IMG/VR virus record: IMGVR_UViG_3300022837_000003
Direction: 5' to 3' (one strand)
Length of the DNA: 41,001 bases
Source of the DNA: a virus
Shown piece by piece: positions 8,513 to 13,144 of the stretch (positions are counted from its first letter, which is position 1; the number at the start of each line of letters is the position of its first letter). The notes below the pieces were generated by a model. That model worked only from the letters and a program-made list of their open reading frames with translations. It had not been told where the DNA came from and ran no database searches. A program made the position numbers and the translations under genes.

Positions 8513-8595
8513 AGCTCAATATTAAAGATATTCAATTAAATATTTATAAATCTAAATTTTACGGCTTAGGGGTTACATCATGATTTTAAATCAAT

Positions 8596-8628
8596 AGGCC
8601 TTAAAACGCTTCTTAGGGCCTTTTTTTT
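8596..8628 (+). terminator. Rho-independent terminator-like hairpin with a T8 run
   Basis: AGGCCTTAA-aacgcttc-TTAGGGCCT (stem with one bulge) is followed directly by TTTTTTTT (8621-8628). Confidence 0.55.
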
Positions 8629-8906
8629 CGTGTGATTTGCTTAAATATCCATATTATTAACTAAATGACATTGTAATTAGTGTATTAATCTTAATTATTC
8701 TATTTAGTGGGTCATTTACTTGTTGCAATTTGTTTTTAATTTCTATAAAAATTCAGGGTACTCGTACTATAAAGAAATAAAACATAAATGCTTTTTAGTG
8801 GTTTCGAGACCGGTGACCGATGTCACTGTTACAACGGTTTAAAACTGATGTGTTAAGCGAGTGACAATAAACGCTTTAATCTTTTTAAAGTCTTACATAG
8901 TTGTTT

Positions 8907-8936
8907 AAATTCCAGGGCCTACATAGTGAGAGCGTG
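8907..8936. repeat. Left arm of the 30-bp inverted repeat flanking a two-gene cassette
   Basis: AAATTCCAGGGCCTACATAGTGAGAGCGTG; its reverse complement matches 9529-9558 at 29/30 positions. Confidence 0.9.
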
Positions 8937-8967
8937 GGCAATCAATAAGAAAACAGAAAAGGAACCT

Positions 8968-9186
8968 ATGAAAACATATGCAATTAAAGTTGATACGCAA
9001 AACCTTAGTAAGTCGTTTTATTTTTTTGAAAAAGAAAAACTAAACTACACGCAAGCGTTACACGAACTAGAAAAACACCAAAACAAATATAATAATATGC
9101 TTAAAAATAAGATTGAGCCGGTTATATATGACGATAGAAACCGAGCTGTAAGAGTTCGTAAAATGTACATAGTTAAGAACTCTTAA
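8968..9186 (+). CDS. Early hypothetical protein (72 aa)
   Basis: ATG 8968 is preceded by the leader ACAGAAAAGGAACCT. The track's GTG start at 8926 lies inside the inverted-repeat arm. No recognisable motif. Confidence 0.55.
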   Translation: MKTYAIKVDTQNLSKSFYFFEKEKLNYTQALHELEKHQNKYNNMLKNKIEPVIYDDRNRAVRVRKMYIVKNS

Positions 9187-9219
9187 ATATTAACAACTAA
9201 ACAGAAAAAGGAAAACACT

Positions 9220-9513
9220 ATGAGTAAATCTATAAATAATATCTTTGTATTTAAACCAACGCCGTCAATTAATCACCAGGGCAATATAAAAAGACCACAC
9301 GTTGAAACGCTAACGGTTAACCACCTTAAGCCAATTTTTAATGATAAGAACCCGCAAGCTTGCTTTGATAATGCAATTAAAAAAAAGGTGTTTACAGAAA
9401 AGGAAGTACTAAGTGATAATTATATTATGTATATGTGTAGCGATAATAATTTTGACTATTTTAAAAGCAAGTTAACAAAAACAAAATACCAGGTTAAGCG
9501 GTCAAACGTTTAA
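9220..9513 (+). CDS. Early hypothetical protein (97 aa)
   Basis: Preceded by the conserved leader ACAGAAAAAGGAAAACACT-ATG (9201-9222). Confidence 0.6.
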   Translation: MSKSINNIFVFKPTPSINHQGNIKRPHVETLTVNHLKPIFNDKNPQACFDNAIKKKVFTEKEVLSDNYIMYMCSDNNFDYFKSKLTKTKYQVKRSNV

Positions 9514-9528
9514 CACTCTTTAAACTCT

Positions 9529-9558
9529 CACGCTCTCACTTTGTAGGCCCTGGAATTT
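9529..9558. repeat. Right arm of the 30-bp inverted repeat
   Basis: CACGCTCTCACTTTGTAGGCCCTGGAATTT pairs with 8907-8936 with a single mismatch. Confidence 0.9.
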
Positions 9559-9586
9559 TCACTAGTTAGACACTTTAAGAATAACC

Positions 9587-9663
9587 AGACTTTAAACCTA
9601 TTCACAAAGAGTAGGCTTAAAGACTTTTTATTAAGTCACACACAAACAAACAATGGAGACACA
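9587..9663 (+). repeat. Repeated intergenic element A (hairpin, T-run, CA-rich leader) upstream of ardA
   Basis: AGACTTTAAACCTATTCACAAAGAGTAGGCTTAAAGACTTTTTATTAAGTCACACACAAAC...GGAGACACA-ATG is roughly 75% identical to 10225-10311. Confidence 0.75.
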
Positions 9664-10215
9664 ATGCAAACAAACACAATTAAAAAAGATGAGTTGAGCA
9701 AAGTTGATAAAGTTGAAAAATCTAAAATCTATGTTGCTTGCTTATCTTCTTATAATTCTGGAATACTGTCCGGCGCATGGATTGAACCAAAGACAGACAA
9801 AGACGCACTAGAAGCACAGATTGCGGAAGTTCTTAAAGCGTCACCGGCCCCAGACGCCGAAGAGTACGCAATTCACGACTATGACAACTTTCCTAATTTA
9901 GGAGAATATCCAGATTTAGAAAAAGTAATTGAAGTTGTTGAAGCAATTAAATTGCACGGAGTGAAAGCTGTTGAAGGCTTCATTGAACATTGGTCAGTTG
10001 AAGACCTTGAACATTTTGAAGACGCTTTTCACGGTACTTATGACACCTTCAAAGAGTTTGCCGAAGATTACGCCGAAGATTGTATTCTTGTTGACTGTCC
10101 AGAGCATATTAAAAACTACATTGATTATAAGCAAATAGAACACGAATTGACATTTGATTATATGGAATGCAAGGCGGACGGCTACAAAGTTCATATCTTT
10201 AATAAAAATTGGTAA
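9664..10215 (+). CDS. ardA: ArdA-family anti-restriction protein (DNA mimic), 183 aa
   Basis: The N-terminal IYVACLSSYNSGILSGAWIEP...EEYAIHDYDNFPNLGEY matches the ArdA family hallmark as I recall it. The protein is very D/E-rich. It occupies an early-gene position analogous to T7 gene 0.3 (Ocr). Confidence 0.8.
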   Translation: MQTNTIKKDELSKVDKVEKSKIYVACLSSYNSGILSGAWIEPKTDKDALEAQIAEVLKASPAPDAEEYAIHDYDNFPNLGEYPDLEKVIEVVEAIKLHGVKAVEGFIEHWSVEDLEHFEDAFHGTYDTFKEFAEDYAEDCILVDCPEHIKNYIDYKQIEHELTFDYMECKADGYKVHIFNKNW

Positions 10216-10224
10216 ATCAAAAAC

Positions 10225-10311
10225 AGACTTAAAGCCTATTTACACAGGGTAGGCTTTGAGACTTTTTTTATAAAGTCATACAAACACTAACAAACACACA
10301 GAGGAGACGCA
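10225..10311 (+). repeat. Repeated intergenic element B (hairpin, T-run, CA-rich leader)
   Basis: The stem CTTAAAGCCTA / TAGGCTTTGAG (11 bp including one G-U) is followed by ACTTTTTTTAT and a CA-rich leader ending GAGGAGACGCA-ATG. Confidence 0.75.
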
Positions 10312-10701
10312 ATGCTACAAAATGAAATCAAGCAATTCACGATTCTCGGAAAAGATGTAATAAATTGTAAATATGAGCCTACAAACAAGGGTAAGCAATA
10401 TTTTACTTTCAAACCTTTAAGCGGTGTATCAAACAAAAAGAAATTTTTTGATGACCTTTTTAATTGGTTTGAAGTTTTTGTACCTAGTAAAGACGCTGAA
10501 AAAATACAATTCAAATTACAAACTTGTAATTATAATATAAATAATAATAAGGTTTCAATTTTAAGTTTATTAAAAAACCTTAAAAAGCTGAAAGCACATC
10601 ATTTCAATGATTGGGACTTGCATGAGTTTCTAGGCGGTGATGAGTTTTATATCTATTTGATGGCAAACAGTAACGTAGTAGAGTTTCCATTAAAAAACTA
10701 A
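10312..10701 (+). CDS. Early hypothetical protein (129 aa)
   Basis: Good RBS (GAGGAG) and co-directional with its neighbours. No recognisable motif. Confidence 0.6.
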   Translation: MLQNEIKQFTILGKDVINCKYEPTNKGKQYFTFKPLSGVSNKKKFFDDLFNWFEVFVPSKDAEKIQFKLQTCNYNINNNKVSILSLLKNLKKLKAHHFNDWDLHEFLGGDEFYIYLMANSNVVEFPLKN

Positions 10702-10715
10702 CAACGCACACACTA

Positions 10716-10771
10716 ACAGAAAAAGGAAAACACTATAATAGCGAAGAGGCTAGGTTTGCCTGGTCTCTTCG
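10716..10771 (+). promoter_or_regulatory. Orphan copy of the early-gene leader (no start codon) followed by a hairpin
   Basis: 10716-10736 is identical over 21 nt to 9201-9221 (ACAGAAAAAGGAAAACACTAT) but continues AAT instead of G. The hairpin CGAAGAG...CTCTTCG lies at 10742-10771. Confidence 0.6.
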
Positions 10772-10782
10772 TGTGCAGCTAC

Positions 10783-10865
10783 TAGGGGCGACCTCTTTTA
10801 CTAGGGGCGAGAATGTAGGGGCGACTAGGGGCGACCTTGTTTTTACTAGGGGCGACTAGGGGCGA
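10783..10865 (+). repeat. Iteron-like array: 6 direct copies of TAGGGGCGA
   Basis: Copies start at 10783, 10802, 10816, 10826, 10847 and 10857, all in the same orientation. Two are head-to-tail doublets at 10-bp spacing. The array is a GC-rich island in AT-rich DNA. Confidence 0.9.
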
Positions 10866-10895
10866 CTAATAATTAATACAACAGAAAAGGAAACT

Positions 10896-11048
10896 ATGAA
10901 TAATGCAATAAATAAAGATAAGCCAAAAGATGAGACTACACAAAATGAAGATACTTTATTAGACAACCTAGGGCTGTCTCGGGATGACTTGGACGACAGC
11001 GGAGATATGCTAGAGGAATTAAAAGAAATTATGGGTTTTGACGAATAA
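10896..11048 (+). CDS. Micro-ORF, 50-aa highly acidic protein
   Basis: Below the track cutoff. The leader ACAGAAAAGGAAACT-ATG belongs to the early-gene leader family. Sequence: MNNAINKDKPKDETTQNEDTLLDNLGLSRDDLDDSGDMLEELKEIMGFDE. Confidence 0.5.
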   Translation: MNNAINKDKPKDETTQNEDTLLDNLGLSRDDLDDSGDMLEELKEIMGFDE

Positions 11049-11141
11049 AGAAATTAAAAGAACAAAATAAGAACAAAGTTCTTGCTTTATAATTCTATTT
11101 AACATAACCTTAATTATATGCAAATTAGGGTTATTCTCTGT

Positions 11142-11150
11142 TGTTATACT
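11142..11150 (+). promoter_or_regulatory. Candidate extended -10 host-type promoter element (TGTTATACT)
   Basis: It fits the TGnTATACT pattern but has no convincing -35. It lies about 50 nt upstream of the second TAGGGGCGA doublet. Confidence 0.2.
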
Positions 11151-11197
11151 AAATTACTAGAGAAAATAATTCCAGATTACTAAAATTCGTAAGACTC

Positions 11198-11216
11198 TAG
11201 GGGCGACTAGGGGCGA
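11198..11216 (+). repeat. Iteron-like doublet: 2 further copies of TAGGGGCGA at 10-bp spacing
   Basis: Copies at 11198-11206 and 11208-11216 have the same orientation as the 10783-10865 array. Confidence 0.9.
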
Positions 11217-11251
11217 ATACTATTATCAATCATTAACAAGAAAGGAGGCTA

Positions 11252-11329
11252 ATGAAAAATATACATTTAACTCAACAAGCGTGTAATAAATTACGTTTTA
11301 TGGCTACGACTCTTTTACCAATCAATTAA
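11252..11329 (+). CDS. Micro-ORF (25 aa)
   Basis: A strong RBS (AAAGGAGG) lies 4 nt upstream. Sequence: MKNIHLTQQACNKLRFMATTLLPIN. It may be a leader peptide or spurious. Confidence 0.25.
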   Translation: MKNIHLTQQACNKLRFMATTLLPIN

Positions 11330-11345
11330 GTAACCAAGGAGTACT

Positions 11346-11474
11346 ATGAGAATCAATTTTATTCTTTGTCAGCTTTTCATTGAAAAATGGGAAAGTTGGA
11401 GTAAACTTAAATTTAGCCGTGAGAATGGAGAAATCATTTTAGACATCGCATATTGGCGTGTTTATCTGCGATAA
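11346..11474 (+). CDS. Micro-ORF (42 aa)
   Basis: RBS AAGGAG. Sequence: MRINFILCQLFIEKWESWSKLKFSRENGEIILDIAYWRVYLR. Confidence 0.3.
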   Translation: MRINFILCQLFIEKWESWSKLKFSRENGEIILDIAYWRVYLR

Positions 11475-11538
11475 TTTCCACGGTTGATTAGGTGTGAATT
11501 TAGGTTATTTACCGTACCGAAACACTAAACAAATAACC

Positions 11539-11575
11539 AAGAGAGTGTCTGTCTTCTCTCTTCAATCAAAAGACA
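11539..11575 (+). promoter_or_regulatory. Potential H-type pseudoknot / alternative hairpins just upstream of the regulator gene's RBS
   Basis: S1 pairs 11539-11545 with 11556-11562 (AAGAGAG/CTCTCTT). S2 pairs 11550-11555 with 11570-11575 (TGTCTT/AAGACA). The SD AGGAG lies at 11579-11583. Confidence 0.3.
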
Positions 11576-11588
11576 TTTAGGAGTACAA

Positions 11589-11921
11589 ATGAGCGGACTT
11601 AAAATGTTATCAGCGATACAGAAATTTCGAAAGTATGACGCTGACATACAAAGTCAAACAATCGCAATTTTTCTTTATGTTGCAATACATAGTCAGGGAA
11701 AATTTGCTGATACGGGAGTACCAATGACAGCTATTGCAGATGACTTAGACATGGCTCAGTCAAGTGTAAGTCGTAACGTTTCAATACTTGCAAAGTGGAA
11801 GTGGAATAGAAGCGAAGGGTTAAATTTTGTGGAAACAAGAGAAGACCCTATGGAACGTAGAAGAAAATTAGTTAGTCTAACAAATCGTGGGAAACGTCTT
11901 TATGATTCTGTTAACAACTAA
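11589..11921 (+). CDS. MarR-like winged-helix transcriptional regulator (110 aa), candidate lysogeny regulator
   Basis: The HTH-like segment is MTAIADDLDMAQSSVSRNVSIL. The wing region REDPMERRRKLVSLTNRGKRLY is typical of MarR-family proteins. The gene lies directly upstream of the integrase. Confidence 0.65.
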   Translation: MSGLKMLSAIQKFRKYDADIQSQTIAIFLYVAIHSQGKFADTGVPMTAIADDLDMAQSSVSRNVSILAKWKWNRSEGLNFVETREDPMERRRKLVSLTNRGKRLYDSVNN

Positions 11922-11961
11922 TCAACCTTATAGCTTTAAGGTATGGAAAGGAGGTATATAC

Positions 11962-12861
11962 ATGAAGAAAGCTAATCCAAAAGAACTTCGGCAAGTTTTT
12001 AATAGAGTCTGCAAAATGCGATGGGACGAAGGCAAAGATGAGAGTGTCATCGGCCGTGGACTTAAAGTTATTGAATACTTTAAAGAAGATACTTTTATAA
12101 ATGACATTGATGAAAATGATATAGACGGTCTGGTTGAACATTTAAGAAATAGAAATCTTAAAAATGGTTCGATTAATAGATACTTGTCTGCTTTATCTAC
12201 GATGTTAACATTCTGTCAGCAACGATGGAGTGTTTACAAATTAGAACGAAAGCCATTTATCACCTGGTTAAAAGAACCTAGTCATGAGTTAAGGTACTTG
12301 TCGGATAAAGAACAGCAAACTTTAATTAGTTTGTTTACGGAATGGGGTATGGATGATGAGCGAGATTTTTTTCTATTGTTAATGGATATAGGATGTCGTT
12401 TGTCTGAACTACAACGGTTAAAAGTTAGTCAAGTGTTTGGTGATAGAGTCACTTTATACGACACTAAGAATAATGAACCGAGAGGCGTACCCTTGACTGC
12501 TAGAGCGCAGAAAATTATAAAACGTTTTTGTTTAGATAAAAGACCTGAACAAAAATTGTTTAGTGATTTTCCAAAATGGAGACCAAACTCTGCGTGGCGT
12601 AAGCTACGTAAAGCAATGGGCCTACAAGGCGATGCACGTTTTACAATACATGCTTGTCGTAGAACATTGATTTCCAATTTGATTAACAATGGTGTTCCAG
12701 AAAAGTTTACTCAAGAATGGGTGGGCCACAGTGACCCACGTATGATTGGTAAGTACGCTAGAATTTTAAGTGTGAACTTAAAAAACTACGTAAATGTTCT
12801 TGAACCCACTACTGGGATTGAAGCAACGGACGAAGACAAACCGTTGTTAAAAACCTCTTAG
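11962..12861 (+). CDS. int: Tyrosine recombinase / phage integrase (299 aa)
   Basis: I prefer ATG 11962 (RBS GGAAAGGAGG) over track start 11887. Catalytic-motif candidates are GCRLSEL (Arg box), HACRRTLISNL (HxxR) and GHSDPRMIGKYARI (Tyr). Confidence 0.85.
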   Translation: MKKANPKELRQVFNRVCKMRWDEGKDESVIGRGLKVIEYFKEDTFINDIDENDIDGLVEHLRNRNLKNGSINRYLSALSTMLTFCQQRWSVYKLERKPFITWLKEPSHELRYLSDKEQQTLISLFTEWGMDDERDFFLLLMDIGCRLSELQRLKVSQVFGDRVTLYDTKNNEPRGVPLTARAQKIIKRFCLDKRPEQKLFSDFPKWRPNSAWRKLRKAMGLQGDARFTIHACRRTLISNLINNGVPEKFTQEWVGHSDPRMIGKYARILSVNLKNYVNVLEPTTGIEATDEDKPLLKTS

Positions 12862-12923
12862 CGGGTTAAAATAAAGTTGGATTAGCGTTGTAAGTTGTAG
12901 TAAACCATCGGAATGATATCTAT

Positions 12924-12965
12924 GCGCTCTTAGCTCAGTTGGATAGAGCATCGGTTTTCTAAACC
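12924..12965 (+). other. attP core candidate: 5' half of a tRNA-Arg(UCU)-like sequence (not a complete tRNA)
   Basis: GCGCTCT-TA-GCTCAGTTGGATAGAGC-A-TCGGT-TTTCTAA-ACC reads as acceptor 5' strand, D-arm, anticodon stem 5' strand, loop with anticodon TCT, and 3 nt of return strand, after which the similarity stops. No T-arm follows. ACCATCGGA occurs on both sides (12904-12912 and 12983-12991). Confidence 0.6.
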
Positions 12966-13063
12966 CTAGGTATCTAAAGCCCACCATCGGACTGTTTCGA
13001 TTACTATTAAGGTATACCAACACAACAACGCTATCCAACACACATAAAAATTTTTAAGTTCAC

Positions 13064-13103
13064 CAACCCACTAAAGAGATGATTGGTACCCCTATTAGAA
13101 CCA
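13064..13103 (+). promoter_or_regulatory. 40-bp element: T3-like box CAACCCACTAAAGAG plus putative phage promoter copy 2, upstream of the RNAP gene
   Basis: CAACCCACTAAAGAGATGATTGGTACCCCTATTAGAACCA is 37/40 identical to 15595-15634. Confidence 0.5.
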
Positions 13104-13144
13104 AGGGGCTAAATGTCTACCTAACTAACTAAAGGAAATACACT

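Noticed and set aside
8143-8535. ORFs 8143-8358 (+) and 8281-8535 (-) in the genome-end region
   Set aside because: Both read straight through the pyrimidine tract and the CCAGGCAA repeat array. This gives repetitive artefactual peptides (PGNTRQHQATPGN...; CCLACCL...). They have no RBS and no coding periodicity beyond the repeat itself.
8911-9550. T7-promoter-like core CTCACTAT inside the inverted-repeat arms (reverse complement of the left arm; CTCACTTT in the right arm)
   Set aside because: It is an 8-mer resemblance only. The better copy points leftward, where there are no genes, and the motif does not recur at other gene starts. The five-copy TATTAGAA motif is a better promoter candidate.
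12924-13000. A complete tRNA-Arg gene downstream of the integrase
   Set aside because: Only the acceptor 5' strand, D-arm and anticodon loop are recognisable. The anticodon stem closes with 3 bp, and there is no GTTCGAATC-type T-arm or complementary 3' acceptor strand. I interpret it as an attP identity block instead.
12847-13041. Minus-strand ORF (64 aa) overlapping the attP region
   Set aside because: It is the only candidate on the minus strand, overlaps the tRNA-like segment, has no RBS, and its composition looks like translated non-coding DNA.
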